A DNA stretch of 64,000 nt from an uncultured Verrucomicrobiota bacterium (GTDB lineage: Bacteria; Verrucomicrobiota; Verrucomicrobiia; Limisphaerales; DTLC01), in contig CAZKTA010000001.1 in NCBI GenBank assembly GCA_964555645.1, positions 72,557-136,556 of the forward strand. Reading direction: 5' to 3'. The position numbers and the translations under genes were made by a program. Below the pieces are notes generated by a model. The model ran no database searches. It had not been told where the DNA came from and worked only from the letters and a program-made list of their open reading frames with translations. Every line of letters begins with the position of its first letter. Within the stretch, counting starts at the first letter, position 1. Positions 1-10,469 of the stretch are shown in pieces.

Positions 1-1864
1 CCCAGAGGGCAGGCTCAGCACGGTAAAGTGCATTCAGGTCCTGCACAAACCGTTGCAACCCGCTGTGATAAGGCCCGGCACCTAAAAGCCACCAATCCAA
101 TGCGGCGTTTTCGTTCCACTCTGCGCGTTGGCCGAACTCGCCCCCCATAAACAGTAGTTTTTTACCAGGGAACAACCACTGGTATGCAAGCAAAGCACGG
201 AGATTGGCGAACTTTTGCCAGTCGTCGCCCGGCATGCGTTCTAGCAACGAGCGTTTGCCATGTACAACCTCGTCATGCGAAAGTGGCAATATGAAGTTCT
301 CATGATATTGATACAACATCGCAAAGGTCAGGTCGTTCTGATGATAACTGCGATAGATCGGGTCGCGACTGAAATACCGCAGTGTATCGTGCATCCACCC
401 CATGTTCCACTTGAATGAGAATCCCAAACCGCCGACATAAGGCGGCCGCGTCACAAGCGGCCAGGCAGTTGATTCTTCGGCAATGGTGATTACACCTGGG
501 AACTCAGTGTGCACGATGTGATTGAACCGTTTGATGAACTCGATAGCTTCGAGGTTTTCCTTGCCGCCGTATTGATTCGGCACCCACTCACCGGGCGCCC
601 GGGAATAGTCCAGGTACAACATTGAGGCAACTGCGTCAACGCGCAGACCATCCAAGTGATACCTGTCACACCAAAACAACGCGTTAGCGATCAGGAAATT
701 TGCGACTTCGTACCTGCCGTAGTTGAATATGAATGTGCCCCAGTCACGGTGAGCGCCTTTGCGCGGGTCCTCGTGTTCGTACAGTGCGGTACCGTCAAAC
801 CGTGCAAGTGCCCAGTCGTCGGTTGGGAAATGCGCTGGGACCCAGTCAACTATCACACCTATGCCGGCTTCATGCAGTGCATTGACAAGGTATTGGAAAT
901 CATCCGGTGTACCGTATCTGCTCGTAGGGGCGTAAAAGCCTGTTACCTGGTATCCCCACGATGGATAGAATGCGTGTTCAGCAAGGGGCAAAAACTCCAC
1001 GTGCGTAAACCCCATCTTGCGCACGTAATCAATCAGCGGGCCGGCAAGCTCGCGGTACGAGAAAGATTCCGAAAGTGTTTTTTTGCGCCATGAACCGATG
1101 TGGAGCTCGTAAATGCTCATGGGCGATTTGAACGGGTTATGACTGCGGCGTCGGTCGAGCCACGCTGAGTCGGTCCAGCGAAACTTTTGATTGTTCCAAA
1201 CGATTGCGGCGTTTTTCGGTGGCACCTCAAAGAAGAACCCGTACGGATCAGTTTTTAACACGACCTGACCATGCGCATTACGAATTTCGAACTTGTAATG
1301 CGCGCCTTCACCGATACCCGGAATAAACAGCTCCCATACACCGGAAAGCCCAAGCAAGCGCATCGGATGGTACCGGCCGTCCCAACCGTTGAAATCACCC
1401 ACTACACTTACACGTTGTGCGTTTGGTGCCCAAACGGCAAAGCTTGTGCCGGTAACACCGTCAATAGTTCGTAGGTGCGCGCCCAATTTGTTGTAGATGC
1501 GCCGTTCATCCCCCTTGTTAAATAGGTGCAGGTCGAGCTCGCCCAGTGTCGGCAAAAATGAATATGGATCGCGTGTGCAGCGGACGTTGCCGTGCCGGTT
1601 TGTAATAACCAGTTCGTACGCGTAAACGCGGTTTGCCTGGTGTGTGACGCCTTCGAACAAACCGATTTTGTGGAGTTTTTTGAGCGCGAACCGAGGTTTA
1701 TCGTGCTCGATGGTTGGGCGCACCTCGACCTTAACAGCATCGCGTAACAACGCCCGCACCACAATACCCGTGCCGTCTCCAAGCGGATGCATCCCGAGCA
1801 ACTGATGAGGCGCGTTGTGTCGCGCATGCACTAGACTATCCAGTTCTTGTGGTGTCAACAACAT
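1..1864 (-). CDS. glgB: 1,4-alpha-glucan (glycogen) branching enzyme, GH13. The N-terminus is complete and the C-terminus runs off the window edge.
   Basis: Absent from the ORF track because there is no stop in the window. My own minus-strand translation from the ATG at 1864..1862 reads [29 protein letters not shown] and stays open to position 1. It contains branching-enzyme blocks [40 protein letters not shown] and [10 protein letters not shown]. Confidence 0.9.
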   Translation of the reverse strand, partial: MLLTPQELDSLVHARHNAPHQLLGMHPLGDGTGIVVRALLRDAVKVEVRPTIEHDKPRFALKKLHKIGLFEGVTHQANRVYAYELVITNRHGNVRCTRDPYSFLPTLGELDLHLFNKGDERRIYNKLGAHLRTIDGVTGTSFAVWAPNAQRVSVVGDFNGWDGRYHPMRLLGLSGVWELFIPGIGEGAHYKFEIRNAHGQVVLKTDPYGFFFEVPPKNAAIVWNNQKFRWTDSAWLDRRRSHNPFKSPMSIYELHIGSWRKKTLSESFSYRELAGPLIDYVRKMGFTHVEFLPLAEHAFYPSWGYQVTGFYAPTSRYGTPDDFQYLVNALHEAGIGVIVDWVPAHFPTDDWALARFDGTALYEHEDPRKGAHRDWGTFIFNYGRYEVANFLIANALFWCDRYHLDGLRVDAVASMLYLDYSRAPGEWVPNQYGGKENLEAIEFIKRFNHIVHTEFPGVITIAEESTAWPLVTRPPYVGGLGFSFKWNMGWMHDTLRYFSRDPIYRSYHQNDLTFAMLYQYHENFILPLSHDEVVHGKRSLLERMPGDDWQKFANLRALLAYQWLFPGKKLLFMGGEFGQRAEWNENAALDWWLLGAGPYHSGLQRFVQDLNALYRAEPALW

Positions 1865-1956
1865 CGCAACCGGAAAATATTAGGCTCACACAATTAACAC
1901 GAGTCAAACTGATGTATCTGCCCTTGAATGGAGACTAATGTGGTTGAGGTCATCAC

Positions 1957-2853
1957 TTATGAGCGGGCCTTGCGCGCAGAAGAAACGCGAGAGCCGGACC
2001 TTGTGCCAGGTGGCAAGATTTTTTCCTTTGGCAATTGGCGGAGCCAGTACCAGAACGGGTTTAGTACCGTGTGTCGGCTGCGGCGCCCAGTAAAAAAGCT
2101 CTCTGCAATCGAGCTTACGACGAAACAGTTCGCAGCATTTACAGCCGTCTCGAGCTTTTCGCCGCGTGCGATGTAAGCTGCAACCGCAGCAGACAAAACG
2201 CAACCTGTTCCGTGTGTGCCTACGCCCACAATGCGTCTGCCAGACACAAATTGTCCGGCTGCACCGTCAAAGAAATAGTTGAACACGTATTGTGGGTGTG
2301 CCAAGTGCCCGCCCTTAACCAAAACTGCACAGCCGAACTGAGCGTGGATTTTTTCCGCAGCAGCGCGCATATGCTCTGGGTTTTTGACTCTGCTCCCGCT
2401 TAGCACCTCGGCTTCGTACAGGTTTGGCGTTACCAATGTTGCAAGAGGTAAGAGCAGCTTTTTCAGGGCTTGAATGGCGGGCCGCCCGGCTAATTCCGCT
2501 CCGCTGGTGGCGATCATCACAGGATCAACTATTAGAGGCGGTGGATTACGTTGTGCTTTGAAAAAATTTGCCACCACTCGGATTATGTCAGTCGAAAACA
2601 ACATGCCAGTCTTGACAGCCTTGGGCGGTAACTCGGCGAAAACAGCCTCGAGCTGCTGCCGTACAACCTGCGGCTTGATCGGTTGAATACCAATTACGCG
2701 GCGTGGGTTTTGTGCTGTTACACACGTGATCACACTTGTGCCGTGCACACAAAGCGCAGCAAATGTTTTCAGGTCAGCTTGTATGCCTGCACCACCGCCG
2801 CTGTCAGAACCTGCAATGGTTAGTGCACCCGGTAGTACAATGTGCTCGTTCAT
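1957..2853 (-). CDS. thiD: Hydroxymethylpyrimidine/phosphomethylpyrimidine kinase
   Basis: ORF 1957..2895. The conserved N-terminus [30 protein letters not shown] starts at ATG 2853. The C-terminal part contains GTGCVLSAA. Confidence 0.85.
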   Translation of the reverse strand: MNEHIVLPGALTIAGSDSGGGAGIQADLKTFAALCVHGTSVITCVTAQNPRRVIGIQPIKPQVVRQQLEAVFAELPPKAVKTGMLFSTDIIRVVANFFKAQRNPPPLIVDPVMIATSGAELAGRPAIQALKKLLLPLATLVTPNLYEAEVLSGSRVKNPEHMRAAAEKIHAQFGCAVLVKGGHLAHPQYVFNYFFDGAAGQFVSGRRIVGVGTHGTGCVLSAAVAAYIARGEKLETAVNAANCFVVSSIAESFFTGRRSRHTVLNPFWYWLRQLPKEKILPPGTRSGSRVSSARKARS

Positions 2854-3018
2854 GCGCAGCAATCTGGCTTGTTCCACTGGCAAGCACAAACCCAAAGCAC
2901 GCCGGTCTAGCGCTTTTTAGTGATTCACAGGTTCGTCTTGGCTACGCACGATTGAGATTTGTTGGTTCGGTATGCCTTGGGAGGTTTTTCGGTACAGACA
3001 TAATGTCCGTTGAGTGGG

Positions 3019-3873
3019 TCAAGGTTCAAAATCCAGGGCGATGTCAACCGCTCGGGCTGAGTGTGTCAGTGCGCCAATTGAAATGTAATCGACGCCGGTC
3101 TCGGCCACGGCGCGTACATTGGCGAGGGTAATACCGCCGCTTGCTTCGGTTTCAGCACGGCCTTTTGTCTTTTGCACCGCAAGCCGCAACTGCACCAGGT
3201 TCATGTTGTCCAGCAGGATTACGTCAGCACCCGCATCGAGTGCATGCTCGACTTGGTCGAGTGTATCCGTTTCAACTTCGACCTTGAGGTCGGGATATTT
3301 TGCGCGCGCGCGTTTCACTGCTGCTGCGATCGGGTTCGGTTTTTCGTTCTTGAGCACTGCAATATGGTTGTCTTTGATCAGGACCATGTCGAACAAGCCG
3401 AGCCGATGGTTGTGTCCGCCACCGCAACGAACAGCGTATTTCTCGAGCACACGCAGTCCGGGGGTTGTTTTACGTGTATCTGTGATTTTTGCCTTGGTAT
3501 GGCGGACAGCTTCAACGAACTGCGCGGTTAATGTTGCGATACCGGACAGGCGCTGGATAAAATTAAGCGCCACACGTTCACCGGCCAGAATTGCTCGGGC
3601 TGGACCGTTCACGCGTAACAGCGATGCGCCGGTATCAACCCGCTGACCGTCCGCAGCGAGTTTGGTAAGTTGCGTTTCTTTCGAAAGTTCTCGAAATACT
3701 GCTGCGGCAACGTCTAATCCAGCCACCACCAGCGGCTCGCGTGCACGCATAACTGCGCTTGCAGTTGCATTTTCTGGCACAACTGCAAGCGAAGTAACGT
3801 CACCTTGGCCGATGTCCTCGGCAAGTGCGGCATTAACCAACTTATGAATTATCTCAGGTGTAAGTTGCTGCAT
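3019..3873 (-). CDS. nadC: Nicotinate-nucleotide pyrophosphorylase (quinolinate phosphoribosyltransferase)
   Basis: ORF 3019..3924. The family-like N-terminus MQQLTPEIIHKLVNAALAEDIGQGDVTS begins at ATG 3873 (codon checked in sequence). The C-terminal blocks ILLDNM and SGGITL are present. Confidence 0.85.
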   Translation of the reverse strand: MQQLTPEIIHKLVNAALAEDIGQGDVTSLAVVPENATASAVMRAREPLVVAGLDVAAAVFRELSKETQLTKLAADGQRVDTGASLLRVNGPARAILAGERVALNFIQRLSGIATLTAQFVEAVRHTKAKITDTRKTTPGLRVLEKYAVRCGGGHNHRLGLFDMVLIKDNHIAVLKNEKPNPIAAAVKRARAKYPDLKVEVETDTLDQVEHALDAGADVILLDNMNLVQLRLAVQKTKGRAETEASGGITLANVRAVAETGVDYISIGALTHSARAVDIALDFEP

Positions 3874-4075
3874 TGCACTCGAGAAAATGCACGGCCTTTT
3901 GAAGCTGTTAAAGAGAAAATGCAACTGGGCCTATGCCAAAGTGCAGACACCCGAGACAGGAACTTAACCACGTTGGGAATCGCTACCGACGCGCACCAAT
4001 TACAGCTCAAAAGGTTAATGCAGTTAATTCAATGGCCGGCGCGCAATAGGGGGATTAACCGCACGGTTAGGTCAC

Positions 4076-4771
4076 ATGCAAAACAACTTGCAGACGGAAA
4101 TTGCAGTTGCCTACATTTGGGCTGTTGTGGATTTGGCCGGTACAATCTTTGTCTGTGCTGCCGGGTATCTGCTTGGGGCGATACCAACGGGGTACCTGCT
4201 TGGGCGGGCAAAGGGGATTGACCTGCGCAAAGTCGGCAGCGGCAACATAGGCGCAACAAACGCGATGCGTGTTTTGGGTAAACCAGTTGGTGCGGTTGTA
4301 CTGGTTGTTGATGCACTTAAGGGTTACCTGGCATGCACGGTTGTGACCGGTTTGATCCTTGATTTGCTCGGGTTTGGCAGGGCTTACGCTGAGCATTACA
4401 AAATACTCGCTGGTGTAGCAGCCGTGCTTGGGCACAGTTTCAGTTGTTGGCTGCGGTTCAGAGGTGGCAAAGGCGTTGCTACTGGGGCGGGTGTATTTCT
4501 TGCGCTTGCGCCTGGGGCAACTGCAGTTGCGATTGTTACATGGGCAGTTGTTTTTGCAGTGAGCAGGTACGTTTCTGTTGCCTCGATGACGGCTGCGGTT
4601 GCCTTAGCTATAGCAGTTTGGCTGGGTACAACCAGCACTTTGCTACGGCTTGTTACCGTTGCAGTTGCGGTTTTGGTTATTGTACGGCACCGGTCAAACA
4701 TCGCTCGGTTGTTGGCCGGTACCGAGCACAGATTCAGCAGTGACAACCCGGCGCAGGCTAAACAGCAATGA
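4076..4771 (+). CDS. plsY: Glycerol-3-phosphate acyltransferase PlsY
   Basis: Multi-pass membrane protein with the block GYLLGAIPTGYLLGRAKGIDLRKVGSGNIGATNAMRVLGK. Its stop overlaps the gpsA start (ATGA). Confidence 0.85.
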   Translation: MQNNLQTEIAVAYIWAVVDLAGTIFVCAAGYLLGAIPTGYLLGRAKGIDLRKVGSGNIGATNAMRVLGKPVGAVVLVVDALKGYLACTVVTGLILDLLGFGRAYAEHYKILAGVAAVLGHSFSCWLRFRGGKGVATGAGVFLALAPGATAVAIVTWAVVFAVSRYVSVASMTAAVALAIAVWLGTTSTLLRLVTVAVAVLVIVRHRSNIARLLAGTEHRFSSDNPAQAKQQ

Positions 4772-5748
4772 AAATTACTGTGCTAGGAGCTGGAGCATGG
4801 GGTACAGTACTGGCGCGCATGCTGGCGCAGGCTGGGCATACGGTAATGTTATGGGATCTTTTTCCTGAAGTTATCGGGCAAATCGCCCGTACTGGGCGGA
4901 ATGACAAGTTCTTGCCTGGCATTTCGTTGCCGGGCGCGATCAAATGCGAGCCGGACTTGACCTGTGCAATTGCAGGAGCTGAGCTGGTTGTAATTGCGGT
5001 TATCTCGAAGGCATTTCGGGCCGTGGCCGAGCGGATTTCCGAGTTTAGCGGTTACGTTCTCAGTGTCACAAAAGGCATCGAGTACGATACCGGCCTGACA
5101 ATGTCGGGTATTTTAGCGGCCGCTGTACCGCGTGCGCGTGTTGCGGTACTTTCGGGCCCGTCATTTGCAATCGAGGTGGCGCGCGATGTGCCAACTGCAG
5201 TGGTTGTTGCAAGTTACGACTCGCAGACAGCTTTGCTTGTCCAACGGCTGTTTCACAGTCAGAGTTTCCGGGTTTACACAAGTGCAGACGTCCTTGGGGT
5301 CGAATTAGGCGGTGCATTAAAAAATGTGATTGCAATAGGGGCCGGTGTATGCGACGGGCTAGGCTTTGGCGACAACTCGAAAGCAGCGCTTGTTACACGC
5401 GCAATAGCAGAGGTCAAACGACTCGGGGTAGCTTGTGGCGCGCGACCTGAAACCTTTACCGGCCTGAGCGGGCTGGGCGATTTGATGGCGACGTGTTTTT
5501 CGCGGCTGAGCCGTAATCGTGGGTTCGGAGAGCGACTTGGGCGCGGCGAAAAAATTTCAGATATTTTGGCCGGCACAATCGGCGTGGTTGAGGGTTATCC
5601 AACTGCGCGCGCGGCGTATCAGCTTGCAAGAAAACACGCCGTGAGCACGCCGATCATCAACGAGGTTTACGCCATGCTTTACGAGGGTAAAGATGTTCGA
5701 CAAGCTGTGCGCGACCTTTTGGCGCGCGATTCGAAATCTGAAGATTAA
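4768..5748 (+). CDS. gpsA: NAD(P)H-dependent glycerol-3-phosphate dehydrogenase
   Basis: N-terminal Rossmann motif MKITVLGAGAWGT, plus GALKNVIAIGAG. It shares a 4-nt ATGA overlap with plsY, the classic plsY-gpsA pairing. Confidence 0.9.
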   Translation: MKITVLGAGAWGTVLARMLAQAGHTVMLWDLFPEVIGQIARTGRNDKFLPGISLPGAIKCEPDLTCAIAGAELVVIAVISKAFRAVAERISEFSGYVLSVTKGIEYDTGLTMSGILAAAVPRARVAVLSGPSFAIEVARDVPTAVVVASYDSQTALLVQRLFHSQSFRVYTSADVLGVELGGALKNVIAIGAGVCDGLGFGDNSKAALVTRAIAEVKRLGVACGARPETFTGLSGLGDLMATCFSRLSRNRGFGERLGRGEKISDILAGTIGVVEGYPTARAAYQLARKHAVSTPIINEVYAMLYEGKDVRQAVRDLLARDSKSED

Positions 5749-5781
5749 CCCGACATGACAACCCAGAGGTGACTTTAGGCG

Positions 5782-6720
5782 ATGAACAAATCGAAACGTA
5801 AAACTGTGCAGCCTACCCCCGGACGCTCTGTGTCAGTGCAAGTGCCGGCTACTACGTCAAACCTTGGTCCCGGCTTCGACACACTTGGCGTTGCATTGCA
5901 ACTGTATGACCGGCTTAGTGTTACAGCGACGCGGAGTCGTGTTGTAACATTTGTTTCATCGCTTGGGTCGGCTGAGCAAGAAGCGGCCAATTTGATCGTG
6001 AGTGAGGCTGCGAAGTTGTTTTTTAAGCGCGCACGGCAGCGTCCATTTGGCATGATTGTACAGCTCACCAGCAACGTGCCCATCTTACGCGGCCTGGGCG
6101 CAAGTGCTGCACTTCGGGTCGGGGTACTTGCAGCGTTGAATGAGCTGACCCAGAGGCATTTTGATCGGCACGAGTTACTCGAGTTGGCAACCGAACTTGA
6201 ACATCACCCAGATAATGCAGCCGCTGCAATTTTTGGTGGGTTTACTGCCGCGGGGTTTGTTGACGGGCATGTGCGCTGCATCAAATTCAGTGTACGCCCG
6301 CGTCTGAAATTTGTGGCGCTCATACCGCGGTATCAGGTCAGCACCATAAGGGCACGTCGGCTTGTGCCACCCATGTTCAGTCGGGCAGATACACTGCACA
6401 ATTTAAATCGGGCGGCACTGATTGCTGCTGCATTTGCCGCAGCCCAGTATGAATCGTTGCGCGGGCTGCTCGAAGACCGCGTGCATCAACCGTATCGTGA
6501 GCAGCTTGTTCCGCAGTTAAACCGCGTTATTAGAGCAGGTGAAAAAGCCGGTGCAATTGGCGGTTGGCTTAGTGGGTCGGGGCCAACTGTGATTTGTGTA
6601 ACGCTGAAAAACGCGCCTGCAGTCGCGCGCGCAATGCACCAGCAATTGAGAGCTGCTGAGGTAAAAATTTTGGCGCCAGACAACGAAGGCGTGAAAATCC
6701 TGCGGCGCTGTTCGGACTAG
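5782..6720 (+). CDS. thrB: Homoserine kinase (GHMP kinase family)
   Basis: Contains VPATTSNLGPGFDTLGVAL and the GHMP motif PILRGLGASAA. Confidence 0.85.
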   Translation: MNKSKRKTVQPTPGRSVSVQVPATTSNLGPGFDTLGVALQLYDRLSVTATRSRVVTFVSSLGSAEQEAANLIVSEAAKLFFKRARQRPFGMIVQLTSNVPILRGLGASAALRVGVLAALNELTQRHFDRHELLELATELEHHPDNAAAAIFGGFTAAGFVDGHVRCIKFSVRPRLKFVALIPRYQVSTIRARRLVPPMFSRADTLHNLNRAALIAAAFAAAQYESLRGLLEDRVHQPYREQLVPQLNRVIRAGEKAGAIGGWLSGSGPTVICVTLKNAPAVARAMHQQLRAAEVKILAPDNEGVKILRRCSD

Positions 6721-7646
6721 GCACTCTCATATTTTGGGGGTGTTGCCGGTACAACCCAGTCTTCAATCGGCTTTACACTACCGCACTCAGCGCATGACGC
6801 TTGAGAAAACTGCGCACCGCACGCCGGGCAGACGCCGAATGCAGCAAAAGTATCGAATTGATTGCCGCAGTTTCGGCATCGCCACAGCGCGCCTACAGGT
6901 GGCGCAGTTTTACAAGCCGGGCAGGTGAACCCGGCCCGGCGTGGTAGTTTTGCAATTCGTGCCAGGGCGCGTGCTTGCATAAGGCCACCCCAGCAACTTG
7001 CAAGCACAAACACGGACAATATCCCCAGCCATACCGATTTTGCGATTACGGCCAGTACGATTAAGCCTGCCACACCAACAAAGCTAATCACGCACGTTAC
7101 CATTAGGCTATCTGCTGGGCCTACGATGAACCATAGCAGTGACCGCAGAATTTGGCCGCCGTCAAGCGGATATATCGGCAACAGATTGAAGATCAAAAGC
7201 ACAATTGTGATCACCACCAGCATCTGCAGGAACGCGCGCACGTCTGTGTTGAGCTCGACCCAACCGAGACCGGAGCTCAGCGAAAGCAAACCGCCAAACA
7301 CGATCGCAAGAACAACGTTTACCATTGGCCCGGCTGCAATGCTTATGAGCTGCGGTCCGGGCCGATGCGGGGGCGCAATGTAAGCAACACCACCAAGTGG
7401 CCAGAGCACAATTTGGTTTGCACTTCCGCCGACAGCACGGCACGCAAGTGCATGACCAAACTCGTGCATCAGCACAATAGCGAACAAAGCAAGGTATTCC
7501 AAAACACTCCAAATGGGTGAGTCGTAACCTTTGGCGCGGTTGATGAAATACACTGCAACAATGAACCATGCCCAGTGCAGGTACACGTCAATCCCGGCCA
7601 GCCTGAACAGTCGTATGGAACCAGTGCCAGTTGGCATTCCGCACAA
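6717..7646 (-). CDS. Site-2-protease-type (M50) membrane metalloprotease with a C-terminal double zinc-ribbon tail
   Basis: HEFGH zinc motif (LMHEFGHALACRAVGG) and a second M50 motif NLLPIYPLDGG, with several hydrophobic segments. The C-terminus carries four CxxC pairs: CPAC..CRNC..CPAC..CAEC. Confidence 0.8.
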   Translation of the reverse strand: MCGMPTGTGSIRLFRLAGIDVYLHWAWFIVAVYFINRAKGYDSPIWSVLEYLALFAIVLMHEFGHALACRAVGGSANQIVLWPLGGVAYIAPPHRPGPQLISIAAGPMVNVVLAIVFGGLLSLSSGLGWVELNTDVRAFLQMLVVITIVLLIFNLLPIYPLDGGQILRSLLWFIVGPADSLMVTCVISFVGVAGLIVLAVIAKSVWLGILSVFVLASCWGGLMQARALARIAKLPRRAGFTCPACKTAPPVGALWRCRNCGNQFDTFAAFGVCPACGAQFSQASCAECGSVKPIEDWVVPATPPKYESA

Positions 7647-8002
7647 AACCTACTTCGTGGGCACGCTACCTTGCAACAGTTAACCTGGGATTTTCGCGCT
7701 GTGTCCTGATCGTTTAAGGCGCAGCCTCGGCATAGGCGGTACTGAAAAAAGCTGCAAGCTGAAGTCGGTGCCACGCCAGATTCGTCAAGGTGTGTTACCT
7801 GAGGCACCGTTCCACCCGAATTACTTGGTTGGTTGCAAAGCGTACACGCCCTGTGTACGGTTTTGGGTGTCCTTGCGTAAAACACCCTCAGAACAAACTT
7901 GTTTCTCGAAACGACCAGCATGCCGCGCGCAGATGTACTGGGTGCAAGACCTATCTGCGTGCAGGCACGCCACTGGCGGGGTACCTCCAGCGTGCGCCGG
8001 CG

Positions 8003-9400
8003 TCACTGTTTACCGGAGTAATAGGCGTCAATTTTTGCTGCAACGTCTTTGAACGCGATGTCTTGTTCGTAGATGAGCTTGAACTGTTCGATTGCGTCGG
8101 TTTGTTTACCCATCTTTTCAAGCACGCAGCCAAGGGCGTAAATCAGCTCTTTCTTTTCGTCATCGAAGACGAGTTTTTCTTTGATCGCATTTTGGAATGC
8201 GCGTGCTGCAAGGTCGTGTATGCCTTTGCGCGCAAAACACTGGCCGAGATAAAACAGCGCGCGAATGCGTAGGTGCGGATTGGCCTGTGCTTTTTGGAAT
8301 TCTTGGATTGCCTCGGTCAGCTTACCCGCTTCGAAGTACAACTGGCCGAGCTCAAATTTGATCTGCAGGTCGGCTGGGAACCGCTCGGCGCGTTTACGGC
8401 ATTCATCGAGTTGGTAGGCGAGTTTTTCAGCACGGATTTTTTCAGCCTGCTGAACGTAATCAGGTGCATTCGGGTCGAGTTTGGCAAGTTCCTCATCGAA
8501 CCGCCGGACCGCAATAGTTGCGATTATTTTTTCAAGCGACGGATCGGTTGCACCCTCGACAGCACGGACACGTTCGTAGCAGGCGAGTGCGTCGGCAAAC
8601 CGTTTGCGTTGGGTGTAAAGGTCGGCCAATGCACGCAGGATTCGCAGATTGTTTGGCTCGGCTTTGAGCTGTGCTTCATGCTCGGCGATGAGTTTGTCCA
8701 ATGTTTCCTCGGATTTGACGATGCGTTGTTGTTGTTCTAGAGCGATCGCTTGCTGTTCGTTTCTGAGGATATCCCGATACGACCCTGTGCCGTTTGCAAT
8801 TGCTTCGTAGCCCTGTTCTTGGAGTGTGCGTTGAGCTGAGACATCCTTGAGCGCTTGTGCAACTTCAAGGTCGTTGGGATAAACTCGCTGCAGCTCCGTC
8901 AGCACCTTTTCAGCGCGTGATTGATCACCAGCTTTTACCAGCGCATCTGCCAACTGTAATGCTAATGTTTTGTCTTTGTGGGCATGTTTGAGCGCAAGTT
9001 CAAATGACAACACCGCCGTGCGCGGCATATCGGCAGCAAGTGCCGCTTGACCAAGTAGCTTATAAGCGTGCCAATTGTGCGGGTCTGCGCTTAAAATCTG
9101 TTCTGCGATGTTAATTGCCTCGATTGGGTCTTGGTGCAGTACAAGTTGGCCTTTGCCAAGCAACGTTGACATGCCTGCGGTGGTGACGATCTTTTTCAGC
9201 AGACCGGTTTTATCACCTGCTTTCGCCAGTTGCGCATGGCGCAACGCTTTTCTGCACTCGAAAAAGCCTGGCTCGCGCTCGAGCACCTGCTTGAACAATG
9301 TGATTGCGTAATCGAAGTTTTGCCTTTGTAAAGCCTCGCTGCCTCGTTCGTACAACAAGCGCACCTCACGCGAGACTTCTTTTGGACCCTTCTCAGGCAT
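8003..9400 (-). CDS. Tetratricopeptide-repeat protein
   Basis: ORF 8003..9475. The sequence is repetitive A/L/Y-rich helical TPR-like units throughout. The start was moved to MPEKGPKE (ATG 9400, checked in sequence); its exact position is uncertain. Confidence 0.7.
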   Translation of the reverse strand: MPEKGPKEVSREVRLLYERGSEALQRQNFDYAITLFKQVLEREPGFFECRKALRHAQLAKAGDKTGLLKKIVTTAGMSTLLGKGQLVLHQDPIEAINIAEQILSADPHNWHAYKLLGQAALAADMPRTAVLSFELALKHAHKDKTLALQLADALVKAGDQSRAEKVLTELQRVYPNDLEVAQALKDVSAQRTLQEQGYEAIANGTGSYRDILRNEQQAIALEQQQRIVKSEETLDKLIAEHEAQLKAEPNNLRILRALADLYTQRKRFADALACYERVRAVEGATDPSLEKIIATIAVRRFDEELAKLDPNAPDYVQQAEKIRAEKLAYQLDECRKRAERFPADLQIKFELGQLYFEAGKLTEAIQEFQKAQANPHLRIRALFYLGQCFARKGIHDLAARAFQNAIKEKLVFDDEKKELIYALGCVLEKMGKQTDAIEQFKLIYEQDIAFKDVAAKIDAYYSGKQ

Positions 9401-9850
9401 ACGCGTTATGTTTATGAATCGCAGCAGCAAAATCCATCTGAAAGCTATATCACCGTGCCTGTCTAGTGCAGTCACGCTACATGGGAGACTGAAAAAGCCG
9501 TGAGCTGAAATCTAGGGCACGAGCAAACAGGCTTAAGATTACGCTGCAAACAGGCTCGCATCCTGCATTTGTGGGACTCACCTTGCGTTTGAGGCCACAA
9601 GCAGGCGTGCGCAGCCTGTTCGAGTTTTCTGGATTCAGATTCGCTCTGCACGTGCGGCATTGTGACGAGATGCTGCGATTATTTTGGTGCTAATGAAGTG
9701 AGTTTTCGGGCAAATTGTCCAATGAAAAACACAGGCGTTGGCCCGGCTCAACATGTTGTTCTGCATTTTGAGCAGTCAGATGTCTGTTAATAATCGCGCA
9801 GGTTTTTAGTTTTGCGCGAGCATAGCGCCCACACCACAATTGTGCGCAGA

Positions 9851-10414
9851 ATGAACCGTGCAGTGTTTCTAGACCGCGACGGCACGATTATACAAGAACG
9901 GAACTACCTATACCGGCCGGAAGACGTTGTTTTGCTACCCGGTGCGCCTGAGGCATTGCGCAGGTTGCAATCGGCCGGGTTCAAGCTGTTCATTGTATCG
10001 AATCAGTCTGGGGTTGGCCGCGGGTATTTCACGCTCCAAGACGTCGGGCGCGTCAATACGCATCTTCAACAGTTGCTCGTGGTGCATGGTGTTAGGTTCG
10101 ACAAGATTTACATTGCGCCTGAAGCGCCAGATCAACCGAGTCCAGGCCGCAAGCCTTCGCCCGAGTTCCTGTTTAATGCGCGCGACGAGTTTGGACTCGA
10201 CCTTGGCGCAAGCTACATGATTGGTGATAAACTGATTGACCTCGAATGCGGCTGGAACGCAGGTGTGGCGGCTTCGATCCTGGTGCGGACCGGCTACGGC
10301 AAACAGACCGAGCACGAGTTCGCAGAACAGGTCAGGCGCGCCATCGTGGTGGATGACCTTGGGGCGGCCGCAGAATGGATTTTGGGCAGAGAAGAAAAAT
10401 TGCTGAAGCGTTGA
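9851..10414 (+). CDS. gmhB: HAD-IIIA phosphatase, D-glycero-D-manno-heptose-1,7-bisphosphate phosphatase-like
   Basis: ORF 9812..10414. The conserved start is MNRAVFLDRDGTI (DxDGT nucleophile motif), followed by IVSNQSGVGRGYF, RKPSPEF and MIGDKLIDLECGWNAG. Confidence 0.75.
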   Translation: MNRAVFLDRDGTIIQERNYLYRPEDVVLLPGAPEALRRLQSAGFKLFIVSNQSGVGRGYFTLQDVGRVNTHLQQLLVVHGVRFDKIYIAPEAPDQPSPGRKPSPEFLFNARDEFGLDLGASYMIGDKLIDLECGWNAGVAASILVRTGYGKQTEHEFAEQVRRAIVVDDLGAAAEWILGREEKLLKR

Positions 10415-10469
10415 ACGGTTAAATCTGGGTATGAACTGGTTGCTTGTGAGGCTTGTGCAGTCGCGCCGC

